A DNA stretch of 64,000 nt, taken from contig BROI01000040.1 of assembly GCA_027923505.1 (NCBI GenBank), forward strand, positions 1 through 64,000, written 5' to 3'. The notes under the pieces are model-generated. The model was not told the origin of the DNA and ran no database searches. It worked only from the letters and a program-made list of their open reading frames with translations. Shown here piece after piece: positions 1 to 12,056 of this stretch (positions within the stretch are counted from its first letter, which is position 1; every line of letters begins with the position of its first letter). Origin of the DNA: Mayamaea pseudoterrestris. Its lineage: Eukaryota. Both the position numbers and the translations under genes were made by a program.

Positions 1-1229
1 CGGACGCCACGACCAATGTATTGTCCGGGCCAATGCATCCGTTGCTAGCGGCCTTGCTAGTGGCGGTGGATCGCGAGGATGGTGCCGAAGCCAACTTGCG
101 CATTGGAGCAACATCGGCCATTTCCGAGTTGATTACATCGGGAGCGCCCGATTGTTTGGCCATCTACAAGGAGTTTTTACCGGTCATTGTGGATCGCATT
201 CAGAAACTGCTCAAGCTATCTCCATTGACATCGGAAGACAGGGAGGAAATGGAGAGTTCAATTTCGCAGTATTGCGGCATTGTACAAATGTTGTTTCAGC
301 GCTTGTCGCCGGAGGATGTTGGCGCTCTTGCGGACACTTGCATGGAAGGGGTCATGGAGATTTTGAATAGATCGATTGCAGCTTGTCTGGAGGATGCGTT
401 TTTGGTCATTGCTGGTGTGGCGAGTTGCTTGGACGAGCGCTTCAATGTACGTAGGGCAGCATGCTTGTGGCGTAACACTGTATGTCATTGTTTCGTTGTT
501 CTCACGCACACATACTTACGTTTCGCTTAACTACAGAAATACCTTTCGCACATTATTCCGCATGTCATTCAAGGCTTACGAAGCTTCCAGGCGCAGGAGC
601 TTTGCATCATCTCCGTCGGTGTCGTTGTCGACATTTGCACTGCCGTTGGCCCGGCGATTCAGCCTTACTGCGACCAAATTGTGGAAGCCTTGAAAACGAC
701 GCTTGCGGACTCGCACGTTCCTCGCGACGTCAAGCCGGTGGTAATTTCATGTTTCGGTGACATTGCCTTGGCCATTACTGGTGCCTACGAGCCATACGTG
801 GAGGTGAGCGCCATGTTGCTCATGCAGGCGTCGCGGCAGTGCATGACGAGCTCGGACGATGACGACATGCTTTCCTTCATCAACGACTTGCGCTTGGCCA
901 TTCTCGAAGCATATTCCGGCATTGTCATTGGCCTTGCCGACGGAAACAAGCTCCACTTGTTCATGGCGAGCGTGCAGTCCATTTTTCAGTTTTTGGAATA
1001 CTTGTCGACGCCGGAATCCGACAAGGACGATCGCGTCTTGGCCAAGGCGGTCGCGCTGGTGGGCGACATTGTCCAGCAGCTGCAATCCAACTACAAGGAC
1101 AGTATCAAGGCTGCCGTGAACCAAGCTTGGCTGGGCAACTTGCTGATGGAGGCTAGCGTTTCCAGCGACGAGGCGCGACAGAATGCAATTTGGACCCGCA
1201 GCATTTGCGAGGAAGTCATGCGCAGCTAG
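1..1229 (+). CDS. KPNB1: Importin subunit beta-1, C-terminal part (5'-truncated by the window edge); exons <1-446 and 537-1229
   Basis: HEAT-like helical sequence with importin-beta C-terminal signatures (VGVVVDIC, VKPVVISCFGDIALA, LRLAILEAYSGIVIG, AVALVGDI). A phase-0 intron 447-536 (GTACGT...CTACAG) joins the ORFs 21..530 and 681..1229 in frame. Confidence 0.9.
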
Positions 1230-1611
1230 AGTAATAGCTGGCGCCAAGGCGACTGTAATATGCACGCAGCCTCCCGAGAAGCAACGATGATATATCTTTG
1301 GTTCTCGGGACTCTGCGAGATGAAACGACGAGGCGATTCGTATTCGAATGGCGCTCCTCCTTTCCTCATTATTAGGCGCTTGCGTTGCCCCTACCACGTT
1401 TCGTAGCGGGACGCTAAAGCTTGCCTCTATGGTAGTACTAATACTATAGCCAATCAAAATTTACGATGTGAAAGTGCTTGTCAATTGCGACGATGTTCCA
1501 CTCGATGCAACATGGAATATCAGCTGTCGCATCACCACTCAGCACGACACGCCTCATTCGTTCGTTCCATCCACTCGCATTTCATTCATCCACCGAAACA
1601 ATCACTGCACC

Positions 1612-2259
1612 ATGTCGACTGCATCATCGGACATTATTCGCATCGCCACCACCGTGGGACTGGTGCAGCTCGTTTGCAGCTTTGTTGCGAATCGCTACTA
1701 CTTTACAAAGGATGAATACTTGCGCGCCGTCGAGGCCGTGCATCGCTGTAAGTGGAATTTGCAGCGCGAGCAAGAGTTGCTGCGTCACGCCAGCAATAGC
1801 AGTAACGTTTCAATACACGAAACCAAGATTGTCAAATACCAGGAAACGCTCCGTAAAGCAAACGCGACACTGGGCGCCTACTTTGTCTTTCCCAACGTCA
1901 TTACGGCAATCATTTTCATGATTTTGCTGCGCATACTCGCGGCCGAGTTTGGTGGACGCATCGTGGCGTTTCTACCCTTCGCGCCCTTTACGCTGTTGCA
2001 TCGTTTAACGGGGCGGGGATTGGAGTTTGCGGAAATAAGTGTCAATGGATTGTTTGGCAATAATGATGATTCACTCGTTGCATTGTACGACATCAGACAG
2101 GCCGCCTCGTACATGTTCGTCTACGTGCTGTGCAATTTGTCGGTCAAGGTTTACGTCAACCAGTTGTTTGGCACCGCGGCGCCGCCGGGCGCCGAGGGAG
2201 CCTTGATGGAGCAAGCCATGCGGAATTACGAGAAAAGTGTTATGAAAAAGATGGAATGA
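1612..2259 (+). CDS. TMCO1: TMCO1 / EMC3 (DUF106) family ER membrane protein
   Basis: TM helix, coiled coil, second TM, then FGGRIVAFLPFAPF..L..RGL and SYMFVYVLCNLSVK..V.QLFG, matching the TMCO1 pattern GRVVAKLPF.P / CSFIFLYILC. ATG 1612 chosen over the upstream GTG. Confidence 0.8.
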   Translation: MSTASSDIIRIATTVGLVQLVCSFVANRYYFTKDEYLRAVEAVHRCKWNLQREQELLRHASNSSNVSIHETKIVKYQETLRKANATLGAYFVFPNVITAIIFMILLRILAAEFGGRIVAFLPFAPFTLLHRLTGRGLEFAEISVNGLFGNNDDSLVALYDIRQAASYMFVYVLCNLSVKVYVNQLFGTAAPPGAEGALMEQAMRNYEKSVMKKME

Positions 2260-2906
2260 AAATACAAGACGGAATAGGCATGCGCGACGATGCGGTGACG
2301 CGAAAATGCGGTGAAAGGTTGACGCGGCTTCGTTTCTGATTAATTTAACAGCGCTAAATGAGTCTCCACGACTCGATGCCTCCAGTAACTACAACACTGT
2401 AACTAATGGTTGTATATACATGATTGATACTTTATAGTGGCATGTCATGAACACCATACGTAAGCAAGCACTTTCTTGCAGTCTATGGCGTAGCTGGGTT
2501 CAACATGATTGTGGTTTTGACGACAAATTGCGGGCCTTGTAGACAATGCAGAGGAGCCGTGACTCTCTACTTCTTTCGAGTAACTGTCGCCATGAAGGCA
2601 TCCGACAATTCACGTGAGAGCTTGCAGTGACTCGCATCGCAGGAAGAGGCGACTCTCTCTTTTACATTAAGACTATACAGTTGGGTTCAATGACAGTGTT
2701 TGCCTATTACAACTAAAAGTCGTCATTACTCACTATGCCTGCTAAAAGTGTAATGCTCACATTCTCACCAACGAGTAGTTGCAGCAGCATGCATGCAGGC
2801 CTGCTTTTGATGAACACTCGTCAAGCCACAAAACTTGCGCGCGCGGACCAACATCATTTACCATTGCTTCGTCACATTTTCGTTTGTCGTCTTACATCAT
2901 TATCAT

Positions 2907-3869
2907 TCATGTTTCATCCACAATACTGCACCCCGTAATGTAGTCCAAGTTTGGAAACTCGCGCAAAACGTACTCGTGCGCGTTTGGCAGCAACATTTTG
3001 TCTTGATCCGGCCCATCCTCACCGTACCCTGTATATACTTGCGACAGCGTTTCGAACGAGTGACTACCAATCAGCTCGGCCCACGGCACTTCGTACACTT
3101 CCTTGCCAAGCTGATTCTCGTTGGAGAGCGCGACAAAGAATTGGCGGCCGCGCGTCTTGGGGCCGTAACCAGTGTAGCCAAAGTAGCCAGTGTGAAAGTG
3201 AATGTGATTGCTGCTGCTGTTGCTACCATTCTCGTCATGATCCTCCACCTTCAACCACTGCGAATCATCGGGAATCTTACTAGCCCACTCGTCGCTGCGC
3301 AACCCCGCCAGTCCAAACTGGCAGATCCAGTTGGAAACGCACCGCATGAGTGGCACTTGCAAAAAGTAGTTTTGAGAAACCATTTGTAGAAAGCGAGATG
3401 CACCGTGCGGGGCCCACGAATGACGCACCACCAAGTTCCATGGACCGGCCGTGGTGGTGCAGCAGACCAGTGTGAGTTTGTTGTTAAAATTGCTGTTACT
3501 TGATGTGAATGACGATGTTCGTGTTGATTGCTTCATCTGCTCATTATCGGGAAGCTCCAAGTGCAAACGATCCGACGGTGATAAATCGCTAAAGCTCTGG
3601 TAGGGGCACGTCAAGCCAGGAATTTCCTGGCGCAAATGGTCGTCTAGATAGACGGTATGTAAATGATGTAATGCTGTAGCATTGTGACTATTATGATGTT
3701 TCCACGGCTGCCACGGAAAATGTTGCTTTCCAAGAAGCATGAAAACACCAAAGGCAGCTGCTGCAACGGCAAGGAGTAACACGAGTCCAAGTGGTTGTCG
3801 CCGCCTCCAACAGAACAATGATGACGGCTGCTGCAACTTGCGATGCGCTGCTGCCGCGACGACTGCCAT
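2907..3869 (-). CDS. Cyclophilin-like PPIase-domain protein with an N-terminal membrane anchor (paralog A)
   Basis: TTAGPW...WAPHGASRFLQMV...LMRCV.NW.CQFG...IPDD...QFFVAL...VPWAE...VYTGYGE follows the WAP/QFG cyclophilin subfamily pattern. Hydrophobic segment at about aa 27-46. Confidence 0.75.
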   Translation of the reverse strand: MAVVAAAAHRKLQQPSSLFCWRRRQPLGLVLLLAVAAAAFGVFMLLGKQHFPWQPWKHHNSHNATALHHLHTVYLDDHLRQEIPGLTCPYQSFSDLSPSDRLHLELPDNEQMKQSTRTSSFTSSNSNFNNKLTLVCCTTTAGPWNLVVRHSWAPHGASRFLQMVSQNYFLQVPLMRCVSNWICQFGLAGLRSDEWASKIPDDSQWLKVEDHDENGSNSSSNHIHFHTGYFGYTGYGPKTRGRQFFVALSNENQLGKEVYEVPWAELIGSHSFETLSQVYTGYGEDGPDQDKMLLPNAHEYVLREFPNLDYITGCSIVDET

Positions 3870-4260
3870 GGTTATGAATGATGAAAAATGAGCGATGGAT
3901 GGATGGATCCGTCGCGCTCAAATGGCATTGATGCGGCAATGAAAAGACACAAGTTAGCTATCCAATCCATGTCATGGCTGATCGAAGCGACTTAATGCTA
4001 CATTACAACTTGCAGTCAACCAACTTTACTCGTCAAGCATTTTTATGTTCGATTCGAGTTCATACGTAATTGTTAACTTTTAGTGTATTCATGCTTGCTT
4101 GTAACTATTTATTCAAAAAGTGCAACACGAATGCGTCCACTCATCATCCATACCTCGTCGTCAAGCACAACCATCACTTCATCTTTTTTATATTCATGTT
4201 CAATAATTCTTTCGTCCTTCAGTTCATCTTCATTCACTACTCACTACCCACTTATTTAAT

Positions 4261-5597
4261 TCAAACACCCGCCATTTCAATCAACGCGTAGCAATTACCC
4301 GCCACCAAAGCCGCACCGAGCATGATTGCACCCATCCACGGCAGCACGAGCAACCAGTACCACCACGTGACACACATGGCGCCAATGTACAACAAACTCC
4401 CCCACAGCAGCGGCAGTTTGTGAGCGACGGACACAATCAAATGCAGCGGCGCCAAGACCAAACCGACCAATCGCGCCGTGAGCGGCTGGTGCTGCTCCAC
4501 CAACACACTTCGCTTGGTTTGCAGCAACACCAACACATTGTCCCAAATTCCCGACAGCTGCAGTCCCGTCCGGCGACTGCCCCACACTATGGTTTGCGCC
4601 AACTGCAGACACGCCATCCAGCTCGTCGACACTAGAATGAGTCCCATCCAGAGTGACAGAAAGGTGTTATGCAGCGGCCACAGAAAGCTTTGCAGCACGG
4701 GCGCCGGCAGTAACGGTCCGTTCCACGACAATGCCACTAGCTCCAAAAACCCCGCCAGCTTGATCAGCAAAGTTTCCGGCAGCGCCAAGATGCTGTGCGT
4801 ATGGGGCGCGCAGAGGGCCTCCTGGCGACTCCACCAGGCTTGGTGAGGCTGCGTGTTGGAAAGGCGACGCAAATAGGAGACGCGCGACTCGGAAGCCGCG
4901 GCGCAGAGTAACGGAATGGCGGCCAAGCCGCGGGGTGATGTGGTAGTAGTGGAAGTGGATGCGACAGAGGAAACGGCGGATGATGCCACGTGGTCCGCCT
5001 CGTTGGGATTTTCCGCGGCAGCTGCGTTACTGCTCGCACTCCCATAGACGCGCACCTGTCGCTCACACTCCTGCACGTACAGCCGCATGGCTTCTTGAGC
5101 GGACAATCCCGATTTACTCTTCCAGGCATTGTATTTGGCGCGCTCATTGGCCGTGCTCGTGGTCAAGTGGGGCGGCGCGTCGCCCGACAAGGCTTGCTTG
5201 TGCAAGGCGTAGAGCTCCAACTTGTCGCGGTTCTGAGTGAAAATGATAATGACGGGGTGAATGAAGTGAGATAAATAAAGCAAAAGATAATTGTTACAAT
5301 GGAAATTGGAGGCAAGAAAGCAAGAGAAATCACAGTCTCGAGACGCCGCGCCGCGCCTCGCGTTCGCTCGTCTCGCACGCAAGCTTCTCCCAATCATCAC
5401 ATCACATTCAACTCATTCATTCTCATTCACTATACTATTACATATACATTCAAATATTTTACACGTACCGACGGCTGCGAGGCTGGCTTCCAAGCCTTCA
5501 TGAAGGCTGCCTTGGTTTTGAACGAAGTCGAAACGTCAGTGCCAGTGCTAAGCATGTTGGAGGCAACGTTGGACACGGCCGCGACGGGGTCGACCAT
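4261..5597 (-). CDS. ACBP: Acyl-CoA-binding (ACB) domain protein with a C-terminal multi-TM region; exons 5597-5469 and 5232-4261
   Basis: Splicing intron 5468-5233 (GTACGT...CTCAG, phase 0) gives KAWKPASQPS-NRDKLELYALHKQALSGDA...RAKYNAWKSKSGLS.QEAMRLYV, a canonical ACBP pattern. The C-terminal half is hydrophobic. Confidence 0.85.
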
Positions 5598-6829
5598 TTG
5601 ATGTAATGTGTAGTAGTAGTAACTGTGACTTGTATATATATAGGATTCGACTTGCGGCTGTCCAAGATCCGTTTGCCTCTCGTCGCTTGTTTGTGTGGAA
5701 GGTTTTTCCACGAGGCTCCATGCGAACGCTTTTGGATTGTCGACGTCGAAGGAGGCGCGTCATCCATGTGTGTCGGAGCGGTAATGAATAAACCAAAACA
5801 GCCTACTCAAATCGTGGGTTTTCATTTCGCTTCAATCATGTACTCACAGTCACGACAAGCGGCAGCAAACATACCGAATGAACTTGACCTAGTTGCAAAA
5901 AGTTGTGTATGACGAGATCAAGTTGGACTACCCTTGCTCATCGATATCGTACGTTTCATAGTTATGATACAGTAGGCAGCTACTATTAATTGCTTTCGTC
6001 GCCGGCATGATAGCTTGACAGAATCGGTTCAAAAACACTAAATTAGCTTGGAGCCCTCCACTAGCTACGGCGCCTGATTGGATGGATGGTTAACGTGCAG
6101 CGCAAAATGTAGGAAAGGTCGGCCATAGCTACCTCGTTACGATTATCTGTGCGGACTATTGAAGAATGCGCGCGGAGCATCTGGCGTGTGCATCACGAAC
6201 GAGAAATTGGCGCAAGGAAAAGCTGCCTTTTGCATTACTTCATGCAATAAGCGGACTATAGGAGATACGTTCGATTGATCTGGCGTAACATGATGCATGA
6301 TGCGCGCGAAATTGAACATGTTGTTTGTTATGGACTCCATCGACGCGCCGGTCGTTTCTTATGCCTGTGTGACTCGACCACGTCGATTTTCTCGCCCTCG
6401 AAACAAAAATGACCTTGGATAGTTTGTTCGACTCCACATTGCATTGCTGATAACCTACTCCGCGATGCATTCCACGACTTGTGTGCAAGAAGTGAAAGTA
6501 AGCTTTGCATGATCATGGATAGCCTATGGCGATTTTGCAATACTCTAGATTTTGTTGCTTTAAGTTGCAGGCAGGCATTGCATCGCATGCAGGCGAACCG
6601 AAGCAGCTCATTCTTCAAATTAGCGTAGCTAAACGACAGAGCTGCCGAATAGTAAACCAAGAATGCGCAATGAAATCTGTATAACGTTTTGGATTTATAT
6701 TATTGTGAAATGTATGTGTATATATGAGTTTGTATCGAGCGAATATAACGATTCGAATACGACAAAAAAGGAAAAGGCAGGAGACTTCTCGCCACCAAGT
6801 AGTGCCAAGTGCCTCATTCAAAAATGCTT

Positions 6830-7618
6830 TCACGCCGCCGGCGCCGCAATGAGCAACGAGCTGTACCACTCGATGCGATGTTGCAAGTTGCCGACAATCT
6901 CGCGCACTTGCAAGTATCGTTCGTAGACAGTCTTGGCTTCATGGTCCATGTTGCATTCAACGAGCACTTGAAAAATGCCGTGCAATATCAACAACCCCAT
7001 TTGCAGCATGCAAGTTTCCTCGAGCGTGTCGGCGCAGGTGGAACTGCGGCGCGCCACAATGCACGACGCCAAGTGCAATATGCGATGCGCGTTCTCCAGC
7101 ATGATTGAGACATTGCAAGTTGAGACGACGCGACTCAACAACAACTGCGCCATGCCCAAATTGTACAGCAAGACGGCCGACTCCATGTCGGGAACATTGG
7201 AAACGCCAAAGCCCGCATGCTCCAATGGCGAGTCCATGCGCACCAAGTAGCATTTGGACGACGACGGCGAAACTCCCACGCACGAGAGAATCTCCACGAA
7301 ACCGTTGACTTGGTAGGAAATGGTGTGAATCGATGGTGTTGCAGGTGATGTTGCAACGTTGAACGCTATTGCGGCATGAGGCATCATCATCATCATTTTG
7401 TCGCTCGCCTTTTGCAGCTTGGTGCCTATGTCCGTCTTATTCGCATGATCATTCTTGTTTTCCGACGATCCAAAGAGTTCCTTGAGCACGGAGATGCCGT
7501 CCTGCAGCACCTCCATGCCTTGGCGATAACAGCCTCGCTCCAAGAGACTCACGCCCACATTGTTGAGCGCCAAGGCGGCTTGCATGTCCATGCTCGCAGT
7601 CGATTCAATCTTCATCAT
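6830..7618 (-). CDS. Hypothetical helical/TPR-like protein of a type expanded in diatoms
   Basis: 262-aa ATG ORF with ALNNVGVSLLERG.Y..G...L and SAVLLYNLGMA motifs and a C-terminal APAA. Family recognised from recall only. Confidence 0.65.
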   Translation of the reverse strand: MMKIESTASMDMQAALALNNVGVSLLERGCYRQGMEVLQDGISVLKELFGSSENKNDHANKTDIGTKLQKASDKMMMMMPHAAIAFNVATSPATPSIHTISYQVNGFVEILSCVGVSPSSSKCYLVRMDSPLEHAGFGVSNVPDMESAVLLYNLGMAQLLLSRVVSTCNVSIMLENAHRILHLASCIVARRSSTCADTLEETCMLQMGLLILHGIFQVLVECNMDHEAKTVYERYLQVREIVGNLQHRIEWYSSLLIAAPAA

Positions 7619-8438
7619 ATTCTGGTGCGGCTTGGTGAGTTATGCAAGTTTTGTGTCGCACATTTCTTGCGAAAGAACGAAATTGAGCCGAGTCATTTTC
7701 ACCTGCTCGGTAGATTCATGACGACAGGGCCATACTCGAGTAAATGGTGACGGTCGTTCTCCAGTGCACGAATTTCTCACACGGGAGCCAACTGTGACTG
7801 AACATGACGGCGGATGTGAGCGAAGCGAACCGCGCCGGCTCATTGTCAAATACGGCTAGAACGCGAAGAAGAACAATCGACAGGCGACGGAACCATCGAC
7901 GCGCTGGATCATGAGTGACGGCATGACGAGGCGGATCCTGCGGCACGTGCCAACGAAGTTTGAAGCATGAATGAAATTAGACGAGCGAGTCACACTTCCA
8001 TGCGAGCTATCGACAAATTATTTTAGGCCAGTAATAGCGATTCGGCAAATGCTGTTTGCTTTCCTTCGCAACGGTTGCATTGACGCAAAGGTTTCCGCCC
8101 CTGTTGCGCACTCGCGTCGATTGATGGAATCTTTGTACCCATTTCCTGTTCCCCGCCGCTAGCGTCACCAAACAGTTCATGAACGGGCTTGTCAAACGCG
8201 GCATTCGCTTCTCGCTGATGCTTTAATCTATATATATTGATCGGCTTTCCATTATTTGGTGCATCATGGAAGCGGATCGGAACGAGACGTCGTGAATCTT
8301 TCTTTCGTGTAGTCGCATCGGTACACATACACGACTCATTCGCCTTGTAGTCCTATCGGTATTCGTCGAACGCGCGCGCAGCCACCCGAAGCGCGCGCTT
8401 GTTGCATCGCCATGATCAAAAGTTGAGACAAACGAGCC

Positions 8439-11400
8439 ATGAATGAGCAGCAAGACAATGACATTGACAAAAACAACACAAGTTCATTTTTATTACTATT
8501 AGCCGACTTGTTGGCGGCGCTGTCATCCGGCGTTTCTTCATCGAGTCGCTTGCCGCTGCACGACGATTACGACTTTGAGTTCTTGTGCGCCTTGCCCGAG
8601 GTCAAGAGCGACTTGGAGAATGTTCAGAGCGAACTAGTGCAACTACTGAGCGAAACGTTGCGTCACGTGCAGCAGATTGAGAATGAGAATCATACTACTA
8701 TTGACGACGTCGACGACGCGCATCTGCAACCATATATCGATCTGGACGACGCTGCGCTGTGGGAACGTTGCACCGACGCTTGCGAGTATTTGCTCGAGCG
8801 CGCATCATCCTTTCTGGAGCAGCCGGATCAAGAAAGCAATATTGCGTCGCATGGTGACAGTAGTAGTAGTAATAATCAATTGCTGCTGCTGCATCGCATG
8901 CAACAAATGGTGCATGGCACAGACATGGACATGCCCAAGCCGCAGCTGCAGTGGAAACATCAGCATGATTACGTGATTGACAATGGACGTACCAAGGTCT
9001 TTGTGCCGGCCATTCGAGTCAAGCCACATGCGATTGTTCCGCTACATTTGGAGCTGTTACAAGGTCATGGACTGGAGACGCGGTGGGGGAGTTTGAGGAG
9101 TCGTAACGCAGTCGCAATATCGGAGAATCTAGTTGGTGCGTTTGTCCTATAAAACTCTAAATCATGCGCGCGCCATGCTATATACAACTGACAGTTCTAA
9201 CATGCGTCATTCTTCATCTCCTTATTCTTCATCTCCTTCTTTGTCTCTTACATAGCTCCGTCGCATCACGTGGCTCACGTGTACGAAGCGGAAATTAAAG
9301 CCTTGCAATACTCGGCCGAGCAGCTTCAAGCGACGGCGCCTAATGCTGCATCTGAAAGTAAGCAACCAGACCAAGATCAAGAGAATCACGTATTGACGGC
9401 GACGTGGATTGACACGCTGGACGGTTTGAAGCAATTTGTTGCGAATGTCAATGCCAACGAAACGCGCGTCTTGGCGGTCGACTTGGAGGCGCACTCGCAC
9501 CGCAGCTACAGCGGAATCACGTGCCTCATGCAAGTGAGCTATAAACGAAATGATAATGACAATGGTAATGAACAAAATGATAATGACAATGAACACAACA
9601 ACCAAGACAACAACAACAACAACAACAACAGCAGCAACATTTGCAACGCGCTCATTGACACGCTGGCGTTGCGGTTTGAACTGAACGAACACTTGCAGCC
9701 GCTGTTTGCCGATCCATCCATTGTCAAGGTCTTTCATGGAGCTGATTCAGGTATGTATGTGTAATATTGTATTTGTATAGTTATGTATGTATATGCTAAT
9801 TGTGATTGTTTACTCGGAGTGTGATGATTTGATGTTTGCATGCACAGTCAAGTGTCTCATTTATACATTATCCGATCCGTTCCACTCGCCCTTTCTGTTT
9901 CACAGATATTCAGTGGCTGCAGCGCGACTTTGGCTTGTACGTGGTCAACCTCTTTGACACTGGCCGGGCCGCGGCGGCGCTTGGCTTGCCGAAAAAGTCG
10001 TACGCCTACCTGTTGCGTCACTACGTTGGCATTGACGCCGATAAGTCCTACCAGTTGGCCGACTGGCGGCAGCGGCCACTCACGCCAGACATGCAGCAGT
10101 ACGCCATTCAGGATACGCACTACTTGCTTGGCATTTACGAGCGCATCAAGTACGACTTGGCGCAAAAGGAGGATGGGTTGGTGAATAATGTCTTTGACGT
10201 TTCGAAGCAAGTGTCGCTCATTCGATACGCTGGAGAACCGTTTGACCCAGACGGCTACAAGAGCATTTGGAACCAGCACCAGTCGCGTCGTGGTCGACAG
10301 ACGGTGTCGTCAAATGTACCCATTCACGTTCAGGAAGCTGTGTTGAAAACACTCTGGGACTGGCGCGACCGCGTGGCACGGGAAACCGACGAGTCGCTCT
10401 TTTACGTGTGCGGCAAGCAGCCGCTGCTGCGCATCGCCACGGCGCACACGCTTCCGAACACGGTGCGGGCGCTGCAGGCGCTGTTCACGAAAAGTCCGCC
10501 GGTGGTGTTGGAGCGAGCGGATGAAATATTGGAGTTGATCAAGGAAGCAGCGTCGAATGTTGTCGAGTTAGGAACTGATAATGTTGCGCCAGACACTGGC
10601 AATGACGGTGATGAGGAAGAAAATGTTGGTGCTGAAGATGGTGGCGAAGAAGAGGAGGACGAACAAGAGGAAGAACTGGCGCGTCAACCGGTTGGAGCAC
10701 CGTCTTCCGCTTTTGACAAGCCGCAACACCGCGGCGGCATTCGACCAAGGGGAGGAAGAGACAGTCCCGTCTTGGCGACGGAAACCTTGTACCGCCAAGC
10801 AGGATGGAAAACGCCCGAGGTTTCAAATGCAGCGCTCATTAACCATGGAGTTGTGGATGTGGTGACCACCACCGACGACGAATTGACTACAGACGAGCAT
10901 ACGAATATTGTCAAGCCGAAGGGATTGCTTGCGGTGCACTTGCAAAACGAGCAATTTGCTTCTGGCCAGTTTAGTGACCATACTCTTGGTGTCACACAAA
11001 ATGGTGCGTTGAACGGTGATGGACTGGCTACTGCCGCAGCAGCAAGTCAAGGCAAGAACGTTGCATCGTTAGCAGAGCACAGTCAACGAGCGAAGCAACT
11101 GTCTGGACAAATTGGATCCACCTTGACGCTAAACGGTAACTTGTCTGCCGTGTTGAGCATGCATGCTCCGACGCTTGACATGGAGGACGCTGAATCGGAG
11201 GACGAAGTACGTGGTCGCGGCAGTGACGGGGCGGACACGGATGTGGAGGAATATCCCATTCCTCGATCCATGCGCGAGATTTACAAGATAAGTAACCGGA
11301 ATCGTCGCCACAAGAAAACTGGGTCACCGGAAACCACACCCACGATGAGCGACAAGAACAAGGACGAGCTGGCCAAAGCGGAGGCGCTACTGCGCGAGCA

Positions 11401-11836
11401 AGGACTATTAGACTCGCCCTTTTTCAACGACGGTTCGAGTAAGAAACAGCGCACCAAGGCAACGGGACGAGAGTCGGAAGAGTCTGTCCCAGACGAAGAA
11501 ATTGACGCGGCGGCGGAGCGCAAGGCAGACCTTGCCGTGTTGAAGGAAGTGGGGTGGATGACTCATACTGACACTGACACTGCGGCTGCACCACCAGTCG
11601 TTGACAAGCCCCACATTGGCTTGCTTCATAACATTGCCACTGCCGCGGACAATCCCTTTTTCGCCGGCGCCGCTCTGGTGGGCGGTCCCTTGGCGGCGCA
11701 GGCGCTTGGAAACAAGCCGAAAAGTGCAAATGAGCGAGTCACAACGACGACAACATCTGGCCGCAGGACGGCGGCGAATCGCCGCGAGCGACCCGCCAAA
11801 CGGGATGGCAAGACGTTTCACTATCGCAAAAAGTAG
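8439..11836 (+). CDS. RRP6: Exosome 3'-5' exonuclease RRP6/EXOSC10; exons 8439-9135, 9256-9750 and 9906-11836
   Basis: PMC2NT-like DDYDF, KPQ, HVYEAEI, ExoI AVDLEAHSHRSYSGITCLMQVS, ExoII KVFHGADSDIQWLQRDFG, ExoIII YAIQDTHYLL, and HRDC LWDWRDRVARETDES. Introns 9136-9255 and 9751-9905 are GT-AG and restore the frame. Confidence 0.95.
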
Positions 11837-12056
11837 TTTGATCAAAGTTAATGATGAAACTACATGTACATACCGGTACAGTATAGCCCATTTGGAATTA
11901 GTGTACGAGTAGTGCGTCGCATCTTCGGTCAACAAGTCACGCTGCGACAGAGAATGACGTCACATTCGATCGTCGCATCCATCACAACATCCGATCCTTT
12001 TGACCATACTTGAGGCAAGATACATTCAGTCCTTCTCTACACAAAAGACGCTTGTG

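Noticed and set aside
747..1457. 236-aa minus-strand ORF
   Set aside because: Antisense shadow of the importin-beta exon; no motifs of its own.
9540..9640. Asn/Asp-rich insertion in the RRP6 exonuclease domain
   Set aside because: Similar low-complexity insertions occur in many genes in this window; a genome-wide trait rather than a specific signal.
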